Positions 28,321-40,566 are shown, numbered from the stretch's first letter. The stretch is 64,000 nt of DNA from Thecamonas trahens ATCC 50062 (GCF_000142905.1 NW_013657637.1:202971-266970); one strand, 5' to 3'. Numbers and translations are program-made. Notes: generated from the sequence alone by a model not told the origin.

Positions 28321-30542
28321 TTAGGCATCATCGTCCGAGTCGTCGTTGTCGCTGTTTCCAGCCAAGATCGGGCCGCCGGCCTCGTCGGGCGACCCGCACG
28401 GTGGGTGGTGGTGGTCGGAGCGCGACTGCATGTCATCGTCATCGTCGTCGTCATCGCTAGAAGCGCGGCGGAGAGTACGCTTGCGCTGAGCAAGTGTCTC
28501 CATGGAACTGTCGAGGGCGTGGACCGAGCCGGAGATGTTGAGGTCGTCCGAGTCCGAGTCGACGGCCAGCGAGGGCTGAGCCATGTCGTGGGCGTCGTCG
28601 CCACCCTGCATAGCACCGCGCTCGTGAGGCATGAGCGCGGCCTGGGTACGGAAAGCATAGAACATGGGGTAGTGGATAATGTTGGTGACTGACGAGGCAT
28701 AGAGATCAGCAAAGCGCTCGACTTGCGAGGCAAAGAGGGTTTTGCGCGAGCCGGTGCGAAGGCCGAGCCAAAGGTGGTCTTGTGCAGCCGCTTGACGGTG
28801 GCGCGGATCTCAGCGTGGATATCCTTGACGTTCGGCGGGTTGACCGCCGACGAGTCGAGGCCGCGGTAGATCTCGGCGAGCATAAACTCGAGGTTGGCAA
28901 GGTGCACAAACTCCGAGGTCGAGTTGCGGAACGAGTTGAGCTCGTCGACCAGTTCGCGGACAACCAGCAGCGTCCGCCAGCCCGAGTTCTTCTTGCTCTT
29001 GATCACGTCACCAAAGATATGATCGCCAATGTACAGCACGTCCGGCCCACGGGCACCGGTCAGCTCGCAGAACGTCGACAGCGAGCCACCGTGGTAGACG
29101 GCGCCGTCCTCGAACGCCGTGATGCGGTGGAGCTTGAGGTTGCCTGTCGCCACCTCGACCTCGCGGAGAGCGGTGCCCTTGCCAAAGAAGAGCGGCTTGC
29201 GCGCCGAGACAATGGCCACGTCAAAAAACGATCGCCAGTTCGGGTAGTCGGCGGTGTAGGACGGCGCAAGCAGGTAGTCCATGATGATGTTGGTGTACGC
29301 GTACGGTGAGTTGGTGAGCAGGAAGACCTTGGCCTTGGTCCGGAACCGCAGCAGCAGGTCGGCCAGCCGCGGCGCAGGCTCGACATACATCTCCAGGTCG
29401 GCCGTTGTCGCATCCTTCAGCTCGCCCGAGTAGTGGATGTGGTCAACGGCGGCACGGAGGTCGATGAACAGTGCCTCGAACGAGAGCGACAGCTTCTCGT
29501 CGTCGATGCCGAGCTCCGACGACTCCATCTCCGACTCAAAAAGCGAGATGAGGTCGGCGTAGAGGCAAATCTCCGGCATGGAGAAGAGCGTGTCGTAGAG
29601 GTGGAACCGCCGGCCCGAGCCGACCTTGGCCAGGTTGATAAACTTGGACGGGTACTTTTCCGCCGTCGTCAACCGCCGCCGCCCGTGCGTCGCCGCAAGA
29701 ATGGTACCGTACTGGTCGAGCTTGAGCAGGTTGCCGAGCTTGGTGTCGAGGCAGAGGCCACGGATTGGAAAGCTCGCGTCGTAAGAGAGCGTCCTGATCG
29801 ACTCGGGATAGCCCATCGCCACCAGCCGGTTGACAATCAGCCGGTACTGCAGCGCCTCGTACTGCGGCGACTTGTACTCGCAGATGGTGTGGTCCATGTC
29901 AAACCCGACGTGCTTGACAGACTCGAGCCGGAGCCCGCGCACCACATACACTCGATTCTCCGGCTCGCGCTTGTACGTCGGCGGCAGATCGTGCATGTTG
30001 GCATCCGAGTACTGCCGCAGCTCGGCGGCCGTCGGCGGATTTGACAGATCCTCCAGCCGCAGCCGCCGCGAGCTCACCACCGGACCCGCCGCCCCAGTGC
30101 TCCCATCATCCGACGCCGATCGAGAACTACCACCAACTGTGAGTCGTACTCCCTCCAGCTGTCGATGACGCGTTTTCCCCGCATACGACACTGTCGCCAC
30201 CACCGCCACCACCGCCACCGCCCCCCAGCCGCAGCCACAGCGCCACGCCGAGGACAAACCACGCCCACCTCCTCCGAGACCCACCCAGTGGGCCACCCAA
30301 ATACACACACACACATTGCCACATGCCTAGCACATGCCTCACGCAAGCATATGCCGCATACTGCTGTTCCTCTTTGATTGCAGCTCTGGCTCCCTCCCCC
30401 CCCCCCCCCCTCCCCCCTCCCCCCCCCGCGCTCCCACACCTCCACACACGTACCGACGAAGATCCATGAGTCGCGATGACGGCGACATGGCCATGGCGAG
30501 AGGAGGCGTTTCGTAGGAAGGTGTATTGTTTCCGCTTGACAT
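28321..30542 (-). CDS. NT5C2: Cytosolic purine 5'-nucleotidase (cN-II, HAD); intron 30127-30453; 1-bp frameshift near 28758
   Basis: RVYVVRGLRL, GFDMDHT, FLLTNS, ARKPLFF, LYIGDHIFGDVIKSKK, GWRT. After the frameshift: RTGSRKTLFASQVERFADLYASS...LMPHE and an acidic tail. Confidence 0.9.
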
Positions 30543-30727
30543 AATGAGTAAGATATGACAGCTTCTACGCTTCCGCCTCCCTCGCAGAGTGTGTCCTGGC
30601 GGCCTTTGTTGCTGCGCCGGGAAGGAGTGCCACGTGGGTATGCGGTGGGCGGGTGAGGTTCTGGAGACGGCAGCCAATTTAAACCTTCAAAAAAAACTCA
30701 ATTTTTGTTCCTTCACCCTCTGGTCAC

Positions 30728-33700
30728 ATGCCGAGGCGGAGGGCAAACATGGTTCAGCTGCCGAGGCTAGAATCCGGACAGAAGCCGCAAGCAGCCTGGC
30801 TCACCGCTGTGTCATCTCTCTCCACTTTACCCCCCCCCCTTCGCCTCGCCCTGGCACCACGGCGAGTTCCCTATGGGCTGCGGGTCGTCGCGGACTTCGT
30901 CTGCCTTCCCCCGCCATCGGCAAGCGGGAGCTGGCAGAGCGGAGAGCAGAGCGGTCCCAGCGGGCGACGGCTCGGGCGAGGACAAGGCGGACGTGAGCAC
31001 AAGCCCTTGCCAGAGCACCAAGTCGTGGTCAAGTTTGCGCCACATCCGCATGGCTCTCCGCTGGTGGGCGGCGAGAGACGGGCGAATGACAATAGGCAGA
31101 CCACGGCAACTACAAGCCGGGCGCTCATCAAGCACCGATTCGACTCGGGCAGACCGTCGTACTTTGAGGTGCTCGGCGCGGCAGCTAGGGCCATCTATGC
31201 AGAGTCGGGCGCAAGAGACCTGTCGGTCGATGAGCTGAACAACCTGGAGATCGATCTGGTGTTCTTTGACCAGGACGGAGACCCTATTCTCATCTTTGAT
31301 GAGGCCTCGTGGCTGCTGGCTTTGGATGACGCCAAGGCCATGGCGTCGCGGGCTGCCACAAGTCGTGATCTTGCTCGCAAAGCACCCGCATCGCCGCAGC
31401 GCTCGCGCCCGCCTACGCTGGTCTTGGAGGTTCGATTCTCGTCCAAGCGCCGCAGGTCTAAACGGCTCACCCGCCTCGGCTCAGGCCGATCGCGAGCCGG
31501 ACGAAGCTCGCCGGCACCTGCGCTCTCGCCGGTGCTCGAGGCCAAGAGCAACACACATGCAACCAGTAAGAGCGGCGAGGACTCGTCGCCGAGCTCGGGC
31601 TTTCTGCCTAGCGCGGCGCTACCGCCGCGACCACCGGGACGGGCGCACGGCTTGGGCTCGTCGTCGTCGTCGGTTGGCATCATCTTGCCTGTGCCTTCCA
31701 GCAACGGGCCGGTGGTACCTGTCGAGATGACCAGCACTTACTCGATGGCCTCGGGTGAGTCGCGGGCGGTGGAGATTGACGAGCCGTCGACGCCGTCGCA
31801 GACCAGTCCGCCGACGGCGGCGGTTGCTCCAAGGCCGACCACCTTTGGCGACCGGACCGGTGTTGAAGGTGGCGACCTCTCGTTTGTCCACATCACCAAG
31901 CATATTTCATCACCAGAGGTCTCATCCGCATGTGACGAGGTGGTGCTGGCGTCGGCCTCTGAGTGTCGCACGCCGACCACGCCGCTGCCCGAGCGCTCAC
32001 CGCGGATGCGGCCATCGCCGCGGACGCTGGTACGTGGCACTCGGGCAAGTCCACGGATGACCGCGGCAACAGGCGTCATGGGCTCACGTCCGCTGGATTT
32101 GGGCGAGAAGAGCGCTGAGCTGTCGCAGTCGCTGGCAGCCCGCACGGTTGCTGCGGCAGGTGGGCTCACCGAGCCGCAGCTTGTGTTTGACGATGATGAG
32201 AAGGATCTGTTTGACTCTTTCGACTCTAGCTCGAGCAGCAGCCGCAACAGTAGCAGCAGCAGTAGCCATGGTAGTGGCCGCAACAGCCCTGTGGTGGCGG
32301 GAACGAGCGAACTGGAAGTCATCTTTGACGACGACGAGAACGCGTTATTTGCTTCGATCAACTCGGACTCAACATCGTCTTCGGGCTCGGGCTCAGGCTC
32401 GGGCTCGAGATCGGGCTCTGAGGCTGGTGAACCGCTCAGCGATGAGCGGCCGGAACCGCAGACCTCGCCAGTGCCCGAGCCTGATCTGGTATTTGACGGA
32501 GAAGTGGCCGAGGCCGAGGCGGTTGCGGCCAAGGACGGTGCGATCCGTTGGAAGCGCGGACGGCTCCTTGGAATGGGCGCGTTTGGTAAGGTCTACATTG
32601 GCATCGACCTCGACCGGCACCAGCCGATGGCGGTCAAGGTTGTCGAGTTTGTGCCGCCACCCCACCCGCGTGGTGAGAAGGCCGACGGCGAGCTGCCGGC
32701 GACGATGCTGCGAGAAATGACCGAGGCCGAGCGTGAGATCGAGCTGTTGAAGAGCTTGCGGCACGACAACATTGTGCGGTACATCGGGGCGAGCAAGGTG
32801 GTAGACAGCGCAGGAACCCATGCGCTGCATATTTTTCTCGAGTTTGTTGGCTGCGGCTCGCTGGCGACGCTCCTTGCGCACCATCGCAACGCCGACGGCT
32901 CGGCCGGTCTCGACGAGGCGACGAGCCGAGCGTACATGTACCAGATTCTGGAGGGCCTGTTGCATCTGCACGATCACAAGGTCATCCACCGCGACATCAA
33001 GGCCGGCAACGTGCTCATTTCCAAGCAGCCGAGCTTCCCTGCGCTGCACACGATGAAGATTGCCGACTTTGGGGCGTCGACCACGTTTTCGACGGTGGCA
33101 CCGGTTCACGGGCACACGCTTGCGGGCACGCCCAACTTTATGGCGCCCGAGGTGATCCGGCAAGAGGGCCACAGCCTCAAGGCCGACATTTGGTCGGTCG
33201 GCTGCCTGGTCATTGAGATGCTGACCGGCCTCCCGCCGTGGCCCAAGTCGGAGCCGATGGCAGTGCTATTCTCGGTGGCCCAGCACAAGCGGACGCCACC
33301 GCTGCCCAATGGCATCTCAGCCGCACTGGGAGATTTCCTCGCCCGGTGCTTTGCCCACAACCCGGCGCAGCGACCATCGGCCGCAGCCCTGCTGCGGCAC
33401 GCCTGGTTCGACGGCATCGCTCAGCTTCCGGCAGACTCGCTCGATGCCACGGTTGTCGCCGCCATTGACATCGACGACATCGCCGCCGAGATCGACGAGC
33501 TCATGGCGGCGTCGCATGCCGCGCGGCCGAACGCCAAAGTCTCGTTCTCGTTTGCGAGCCACGCCAAGGCCTCGACTCGCATCAACGCCCACGACGAGAA
33601 GCCGCTATCAGCCACCAAAAGCCTGGCTGAGCGCTACGCCGAGCTCCTGGCCAGCGGTGACGATGACGCCCTGGCCGAGTTCGAGGCTGAGATGGAGGCG

Positions 33701-33748
33701 TCGGCTGCGCCGACCCGCACCGCCTCGGGCCGCCTTCGCCGCGACTAG
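30728..33748 (+). CDS. STE11/MEKK-family MAP kinase kinase kinase with N-terminal PB1 domain
   Basis: PB1 OPCA motif FFDQDGDPILIFDE. Kinase motifs WKRGRLLGMGAFGKVY, MAVK, HRDIKAGN, KIADFG, GTPNFMAPEVI and ADIWSVGC. Confidence 0.9.
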   Translation: MPRRRANMVQLPRLESGQKPQAAWLTAVSSLSTLPPPLRLALAPRRVPYGLRVVADFVCLPPPSASGSWQSGEQSGPSGRRLGRGQGGREHKPLPEHQVVVKFAPHPHGSPLVGGERRANDNRQTTATTSRALIKHRFDSGRPSYFEVLGAAARAIYAESGARDLSVDELNNLEIDLVFFDQDGDPILIFDEASWLLALDDAKAMASRAATSRDLARKAPASPQRSRPPTLVLEVRFSSKRRRSKRLTRLGSGRSRAGRSSPAPALSPVLEAKSNTHATSKSGEDSSPSSGFLPSAALPPRPPGRAHGLGSSSSSVGIILPVPSSNGPVVPVEMTSTYSMASGESRAVEIDEPSTPSQTSPPTAAVAPRPTTFGDRTGVEGGDLSFVHITKHISSPEVSSACDEVVLASASECRTPTTPLPERSPRMRPSPRTLVRGTRASPRMTAATGVMGSRPLDLGEKSAELSQSLAARTVAAAGGLTEPQLVFDDDEKDLFDSFDSSSSSSRNSSSSSSHGSGRNSPVVAGTSELEVIFDDDENALFASINSDSTSSSGSGSGSGSRSGSEAGEPLSDERPEPQTSPVPEPDLVFDGEVAEAEAVAAKDGAIRWKRGRLLGMGAFGKVYIGIDLDRHQPMAVKVVEFVPPPHPRGEKADGELPATMLREMTEAEREIELLKSLRHDNIVRYIGASKVVDSAGTHALHIFLEFVGCGSLATLLAHHRNADGSAGLDEATSRAYMYQILEGLLHLHDHKVIHRDIKAGNVLISKQPSFPALHTMKIADFGASTTFSTVAPVHGHTLAGTPNFMAPEVIRQEGHSLKADIWSVGCLVIEMLTGLPPWPKSEPMAVLFSVAQHKRTPPLPNGISAALGDFLARCFAHNPAQRPSAAALLRHAWFDGIAQLPADSLDATVVAAIDIDDIAAEIDELMAASHAARPNAKVSFSFASHAKASTRINAHDEKPLSATKSLAERYAELLASGDDDALAEFEAEMEASAAPTRTASGRLRRD

Positions 33749-33768
33749 CCCATTCTGGCTGGCGACAG

Positions 33769-34362
33769 CTACCAGTAGAGCGTGCCCGGCGCGCCTTTGG
33801 CCGTGCCCACAATTTCGGGCGTGAGCCAGCCGCCGTAAAACGAGCCGGGCTGTGGCACCGCCAGATCATCGTCGACGTACGCGGCCTCGACTCGCCCTGC
33901 GTAGAATGCGATACAGCCCTTGATAGCTGTAAACGCCTCGGTCGGCTCGGGGTACGACCAGGCGGCGCGGACAAGGCGATCGCCGTCCGGCACCAACACA
34001 TCCCAGTATGTGGCGAGGCCCTTCCACTCACAGAACGTGGAGTGCGGCTCACAGCTTGGCACCACTCGCTCGAGATCGATGTCGGCGAGCGGGATGTAGT
34101 ACGTGGGTGCGTGATGGGTCTCGGCAACGCGGATGGCCGCGCAGGTCTCGGCCACCACTGCCCCGCCATGCTCGACTCGGATCCGCCACGGGACGGGCTT
34201 GACTTGGGGTGGGCGCGGAAAGTCAACAACGTTTTCGGTCGGCCGTGGCTCGCAGCGCGGCGACGACCTCGGCTCTGCTGCCATGCTCGGCTCAAGTCGT
34301 GTGCCGTTGGTCCCGCCCACAACAGCAGGTGTGCCCAAGGTGCGCAAGAGCTGTCGATGCAT
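33769..34362 (-). CDS. DUF427 domain protein
   Basis: DFPRPP, ETHHAPTYYIP, TFCEWKGLATYWD, AAWSYPEP, IAFY, QPGSFYGGWLT...KGAPGT. Start is ATG 34362 or 34284. Confidence 0.85.
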   Translation of the reverse strand: MHRQLLRTLGTPAVVGGTNGTRLEPSMAAEPRSSPRCEPRPTENVVDFPRPPQVKPVPWRIRVEHGGAVVAETCAAIRVAETHHAPTYYIPLADIDLERVVPSCEPHSTFCEWKGLATYWDVLVPDGDRLVRAAWSYPEPTEAFTAIKGCIAFYAGRVEAAYVDDDLAVPQPGSFYGGWLTPEIVGTAKGAPGTLYW

Positions 34363-34533
34363 GTCGTCATCCACACTATTTTTTGTTGCACCCCCCACCC
34401 CCCACCCCCCCTGTCCTCTCCAACCTGAGCCCTTGCGAAACGAAACGCGTCAGCTTGCCGACAACAAGCGAGCTGTATTCCGCCTCGCTCGCGCTTGCCA
34501 CCCAACTCAAACACCTTTACCGCCTTCACCAAC

Positions 34534-35361
34534 ATGCTTCGTGCCGCTACTACCTCGCTCGCTGCCGCCCGCGCTGTGACGCATACGCAGACTGCCGCCA
34601 TTTCTGTGGCCTCTTCGGTCTTTCTTGTGACCGGTGGCGGCTCGGGCCTCGGCGGAGCAACAGCCGAGGCCATTGTGGCTGGCGGCGGCAAGGTCGGCAT
34701 CATCGACATCGACGGCGAGAAGGCCGAGGCTATGGCGGAGAAGCTCGGTGCCGAGTCGGCCGTCGCCTTCCAGGCGGACGTCACCTCGGTCGACCAGATC
34801 AAGGCTGCCGTCGACGGGACGGTGGCCAAGTTTGGCAAGCTCAACGGCGCGGTCAACGCGGCTGGCATTGCCAACGCGACCCGGCTGCTGAAGACCGACC
34901 TGGACACCATCCGCAAGGTCTACGACGTCAACGTTGTCGGCACCATCAACACCATCCAGCAGGCGACACTCGCCATGAACGAGATGGAGCCCGATGCCGA
35001 GTCGGGTGAGCGCGGCGCGTTTGTCAACACCGCCTCGGTCGCCGCCTTTGACGGCCAGATCGGCCAGGTCGCGTACTCGGCCTCCAAGGGTGCCATCCAT
35101 GCCCTCTCCATCGTCCTCGCCCGTGAGCTGACCGGCTACGGCATCCGCTGCAACACCATCGCCCCGGGCATCTTCGACACCCCGCTCCTCGCCTCGCTCC
35201 CGGAAAAGGCCCGCCAGTCGCTCGCCAACCAGGTGCCGTTCCCCAAGCGGCTCGGTGACCCCGCCGAGTTTGGCAAGGCCGCCGTCGCCATCATCGAGAA
35301 TGGCTACCTCAACGGCGAGACCATCCGTGTCGACGGCGCCCTCCGCATGGCCGCCAACTAA
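34534..35361 (+). CDS. HSD17B10: 3-hydroxyacyl-CoA dehydrogenase type 2 (SDR), probably mitochondrial
   Basis: [71 protein letters not shown]. Confidence 0.93.
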   Translation: MLRAATTSLAAARAVTHTQTAAISVASSVFLVTGGGSGLGGATAEAIVAGGGKVGIIDIDGEKAEAMAEKLGAESAVAFQADVTSVDQIKAAVDGTVAKFGKLNGAVNAAGIANATRLLKTDLDTIRKVYDVNVVGTINTIQQATLAMNEMEPDAESGERGAFVNTASVAAFDGQIGQVAYSASKGAIHALSIVLARELTGYGIRCNTIAPGIFDTPLLASLPEKARQSLANQVPFPKRLGDPAEFGKAAVAIIENGYLNGETIRVDGALRMAAN

Positions 35362-36457
35362 TGCATTTGCCCTCACCCTGGCACCGCGCCCTTTTGCCTC
35401 GCACCTCTGCGCACCCAGTACGACTTCCCCGTTGTACGTGCACTCTCCCCATGCGTAAAGGTAGCCGATTTTGCGCACATCTCTTGGGCGATTCTTGTTT
35501 ATTTTCCACCTCACTCTTATACTCCACTTCTATCGACCCCACGCCTCCCCAACGCTCACGCCTATTCCTCACTCTGCGCGATCCGACCCTCACGCTACTG
35601 ACTGGTGTAGAGAATGTGGCTTGCACTCGCCACTTTGCAGTGTTCATGAGTCACGAGGGCATACAGCAGGGAGGCGGAGGGGTAATAGAAGAGAAGATAG
35701 GCAGAGCAAATTGGGAAGGCACAAAAATGGCGGACGACCGGGACACTATACCGCTACAGCCAACATCATCGCGCGGCAACCGCGCTGCCCGGCCCCCCAC
35801 CGGCGGCGCAGTATACTTAACGACCACACTTGTCTGGAGACCCGGCGGGAGCTCTACGTGCCACACACCAGTCCCTCCTCTCGCCAACCTCCCTCCCCCC
35901 CTCTCCCCCTCTCCACTTCACCCACACCCGGCCTTGTCTGCCCCCCCCTGCGGCGGTCTCTGGGTGGCGACGAACAAGGGAAAAAATTCTCGTCGGGACG
36001 ACAAACCGTACGTTCCTCCCCCCCCTTTCAATCAATGACTCGATGTATTTTCGCCATGCTGCCGTCTGCCAGCTGGCGGCTTCCCGTCCCGCCTTTCCCC
36101 ACCCCCTCCCCCCCCCCCGCCCCTGTCTTGCCCTCCCGCTACCACCAGCCAGCCTGCACACCAACACGAGCCTTCCTCCTATACTCTAGCTGTTGCCTCT
36201 TTTGTCACCGTCTTTGGGTCCTCTTTCGCATCTCCTCCTTCCCTCTGCCCCCCCCCCACGCCCCCATCCCTCGCCCCCTACTGCGGTTGTCTTTACCCCG
36301 GAAAGCTGGTCGCTCCAGCGTGGATCGTTGGTGGCAGCGCTCGCAGCCCGGCTGGCGAGTGGCCTCGCGCAACTTTTTGATTCGTCCACCCCCCACCCGC
36401 GTACGGTCACTCACCTCCTCTCCTTCCTCTCCCCTTTTGTCTCCAGAACCAAGCGTC

Positions 36458-39400
36458 ATGAGTGGTACCTCACTAGAGGCCAACGAGTCGCTAGACATGT
36501 CCTCGCCGGCACGCGGTGACGCGCTCCTTGCGCCAACAAACGAATCGCTCGACGAGTCGACCGGGCCGGTCGAGATGGAGACCGAGCCAGTGGCGGCTGC
36601 CGAGCAAGCAGGCACTGGGGCGGACGGCAGCATGGCGGCGCCGCAGGCTGGAGTCGAGGCGTCGGGCCAGCCCAAGGTGGAGGATGCCCTGCTGTACCTG
36701 GAGCAGGTGAAGATCCAGTTCCGCGAGCAGCCCGAGGTGTACGACGCGTTTCTGGACATCATGAAGGACTTTAAGGCGCACAACATCGACACTCCCGGTG
36801 TCATCCAGCGGGTTCGGACGCTCTTCCGCGGACACCGCGACCTCATCTTTGGCTTCAACACCTTTCTCCCACCGGGCTACAAGATCGAGCTCGACGACCT
36901 CCGTGACGAGCCGGAGCCGCCGAAGCGGGCCAGCAGCAGCACGGCGCGGCCGGCCAAGAAGGGCGGGCGCAAGAAGCGGGTGTCGAACAGCTCGCGGGCG
37001 CGGCGCGGCGGCATGCGCAAGCGTGACGGTGTGTCGGCGGCGGCCGAGCCCAAGAGCCTTGACACGGCGCTCAACTACGTGAACAAGATCAAGCAACGGT
37101 TCGAGAGTAACCCCGAGGTGTACACGGTCTTTCTCGAGATTCTGCAGACGTACCAGCGCGAGGTGCGGACGATCACCGAGGTCTACGACGAGGTCTCGCG
37201 GCTGTTTGCCAACGAGCCGGACCTGCTCGAGGAGTTTACCACGTTCCTCCCCGAGTCGCTCGCGCACCACAACCGGCGCAAGCGCGGGCGCGAGGGCGCC
37301 AGCCGCGGGCGGCCGCTCAAGCGGGCCAAGATCGAGCTTGCGCCCGACGACGAGATCGGGTTCTTCAACGCGGTCAAGCGGCGGCTCACTGCGCCGCTCT
37401 ATGCCGACTTTCTCAAGGCGCTGCATGTCTTCTCCAACCAGATCCTCTCGACAGCCGAGACGGTCAAATTGGTGCGGACCATTCTCGCCGGCCACCCGGA
37501 CCTCATCTCGTGGTTCGAGGCCTTTGTCGACTACAAGGAGCAAGGCGCCAAGATGCGGCGGGTCCAATCGATCTCGCAGATTGACAACGATGAGTACATT
37601 GACTACTCGCAGCTCAAAAAGTATGGCCCGTCGTACCGCGCCCTCCCGACCTCGTACCGCCGCCCTTCGTGCTCGGGCCGTGACGACTTGTGCGACTCGG
37701 TCCTCAACGACACGTGGGTTGCGTCGGCCGCCACCGACTCGGACGACTTTATCTTCAAGTCCTCGCAGAAGAACGAGTTTGAGGAGCGCCTCTTCTTGTG
37801 CGAGGAGGAGCGCTACGAGCTCGACATGGTCATCGAGCAGAACGCGTCGGCCATCCGCGCCCTCGAGCCGCTGGCCTCCAAGATCCTGGAGGCTCAGAAG
37901 CAAGCCGGCACCGAAGGCCCCGGCCCGTCGTTCAAGCTGGCCTCCGAGAACGCGCTTGGCATCATTCAGATCAAGGCCATCGAGCGCATCTACGGCCACC
38001 GCGCCAAGGACGCTCTTTCGGGCCTCCGCAAGAACCCGCACGTCGCCGTCCCCATCATTCTCAAGCGGCTCCGCCAGAAGGATCGAGACTGGCGCCGCAT
38101 CCAGCGCGAGTGGAACAAGGTGTGGAACAACGTCAACGCCGACAACTACCGTCGCTCGCTCGACTACCGCGGTGCGGAGTTCAAGACCTCGGACAAGAAG
38201 TCCATGGGCACCAAGGCGCTCGTCTCTACTGTCAAGGAAAAGGTAAGGTAAGCTGCTGGAGCTGCCCCCCTCCANNNNNNNNNNNNNNNNNNNNNNNNNN
38301 NNNNNNNNNNNNNNNNNNNNNNNNNNNNNNNNNNNNNNNNNNNNNNNNNNNNNNNNNNNNNNNNNNNNNNNNNNNNNNNNNNNNNNNNNNNNNNNNNNNN
38401 NNNNNNNNNNNNNNNNNNNNNNNNNNNNNNNNNNNNNNNNNNNNNNNNNNNNNNNNNNNNNNNNNNNNNNNNNNNNNNNNNNNNNNNNNNNNNNNNNNNN
38501 NNNNNNNNNNNNNNNNNNNNNNNNNNNNNNNNNNNNNNNNNNNNNNCCCCCCCTCCCCTCCTCGCCTGTTTCTGCCTCCACTCACCTCCTCTCCCAACTT
38601 CTCACGATTTCCAGCAAGACCAACTGAAGGTCCAGGGCAAGGCCACGGCGGTGCATTTTACGTCGACGATCGAGTCGACAGCCGAGATCCAGGAGGCGTA
38701 CCGGCTGCTGCTGTTCTGCCTCACGCGGTCGATGGCGACAGACAAGGTGGTGCAGAAGATGCGGCTGTTTATTGTGGGCTGGCTTGCCAAGTTCCTGGGC
38801 GTGCCGGTGGAGACGTCTGTCATCGACGAGCACTTTGCACAGATCCGCAAAGCGCTGGCGCGCAAGCACACGCCGAGCGGGGCTGCAGCGTCGGCAGCGA
38901 CGGCGGCAGCAGCAGCCGCCGCGGCTGGGGCGCCTGCACCTGCGGCGGCGGCCGCAAACGGGCCGACAGCCGGGTCGATTGCCGAGGGCCTCCCGCCGCC
39001 TGTGGCGGCGGCCGTCGCCGAGGCTGCAGCCAAGATCGACGCGGCCGAGGAGGAGGTGGCGCAGATGCGGTCGACATCTACGGCGCCGCAGCCGCCGTTC
39101 TTTGGCAACGAGATCTACTTTGTAGTTCTCCAGCTGTTTGCGCTTCTCACCTCGCGCATCGCCAAGGTTCGCGAGCTTGCGGTCGTGGCGCAGGGCAAGT
39201 ATGACGCGGCGGGCGCCCAGGCTTTCCGTAAGCCGTTCAACAAGGCGGCGGCGATGCTCGACCCGACGTACGCCAAGCGGAGCGACACAGCGCTCGAAGC
39301 GATGGATGTGGCCGCGGCCGGCGGCTCGGTCTTTGCCGCCGTTCTCAACTTTGTCAAGTTGTACCAGGCGTCCAAGGTCTCGACGAGCCGGTTTGAGAAC

Positions 39401-40402
39401 ACGCTCAACGACGTGCTTGGCCCCGACTCGTACCAGCTTTTCACCATGGACCGCATTCTCACACAAATGACCAAGATGATCAACTCGGTCGTTGGCGACG
39501 ATCTCTGCGCGCGGCTCATGGCGCTGTACAACTACGAGAACGGGCGGACCCGGAACACCGACTCGTCGTACCGCGTCTCGGCCCTGCTCATGATGCCCGA
39601 GATGACCACGTTCAGGCTCAAGGTCTCGCAGTACGCCCGCGGCTCGCGCTCGCTCCTGGTCTGGGTCATTCCAGAAGACTCGCCTGGCACCATGCCGGTC
39701 TTCTCGTCGTCGCCCGCCTCGCCGCCCGAGGCCTCGGCCATGCTCGCCAAGTGGTCCGAGTACATGCGGACCTTTATCCAGCCGACAGTCAACCCGCACA
39801 TCGACGTCCGCGCCCACAACATCTTCCTCCCGCGCAACCTGGTCACCTCGCGCTCGCTCGACGACCCTGAGCTCGTCATCCAGCACGGTCTTGCCGCTAA
39901 GATCGACTTTGACTCGTACAAAATGGTCTACCTCTGCGGAACCGAGGACTGGCTCTACCGCCGCGGCGCGCTCGCCGCCGCCGTCCCGCGGTTCAACTCG
40001 TCGCCCAACAACTGGTGGGCCAAGCTGCACACGCCCGACCCGGCCCGGCCTGACCCGCCTGTCCTCGACCGCACCAACATCAAGCCCGAGTACGTCGACT
40101 CGGACGACGACGACGTCGTCTCCGACTCCAACACCAACGCCAGCAACAACGAGACCAAGCCGGTCGTCACGTCCGTCTCCGTTCCGGTCAAGGCGCCTGC
40201 CTCGGTGCCGGGCCAGCCACCACCGGCCGTCCCCGCTCCCACTGGCGATGCCGTCCCGACATCGGCGGTCACCGGGGCTGTGCCTGTCCCTCCCGCGCCT
40301 GTCGCCGCTGTTACTACAGCCGCGCCTGCACCTGAACATGTGCCCGTGCCCGCTGCCGCCGCACCCGCGCCCCCTGCCGTCGTGCCGATGGATACCGAAT
40401 GA
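36458..40402 (+). CDS. SIN3: Sin3 transcriptional corepressor (PAH1-3, HDAC-interaction domain, C-terminal domain); intron ~38243-38614 spanning a gap
   Basis: KVEDALLYLEQVKIQF...FLDIMKDFK...FNTFLP, ALNYVNKIKQRF, YGPSYRALP...CSGRDDLCDSVLNDTWV, KNEFEERLFLCEEERYELD, YQLFTMDRI. Confidence 0.95.
38275..38546. other. Assembly gap (N)
   Basis: N run in the Sin3 intron. Confidence 1.
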
Positions 40403-40566
40403 ACGCAACCAACCCCAACCCCCCCCCCCCCCTGTGTTGCAGCCAAAGGTGGCCTCTGCTGCCATTTTTTTGCGTGCGGTCGGTGCGACCGACGTTTGGC
40501 TGGTATCGACCACCAAGCATGCCAGAGACCAACTGTTGCGGCCACTACACTTCCAAGCACACCAGC

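Noticed and set aside
28281-28740. C-terminus of the 677-aa ORF as the real cN-II end
   Set aside because: The conserved cN-II sequence continues in another frame after a 1-bp shift.
13388-34362. A nucleotide-metabolism cluster (dead 5'-NT, cN-II, DUF427) linked to the RNA repair gene
   Set aside because: The genes are interspersed with unrelated housekeeping genes, and no shared regulatory signal was seen.
35471-36457. 330-aa N-terminal extension of Sin3 in the ORF track; likewise the 39891 start for talin and ORFs read through N gaps
   Set aside because: Low-complexity intergenic or intronic sequence with splice signals; non-ATG starts and gap read-through artefacts.
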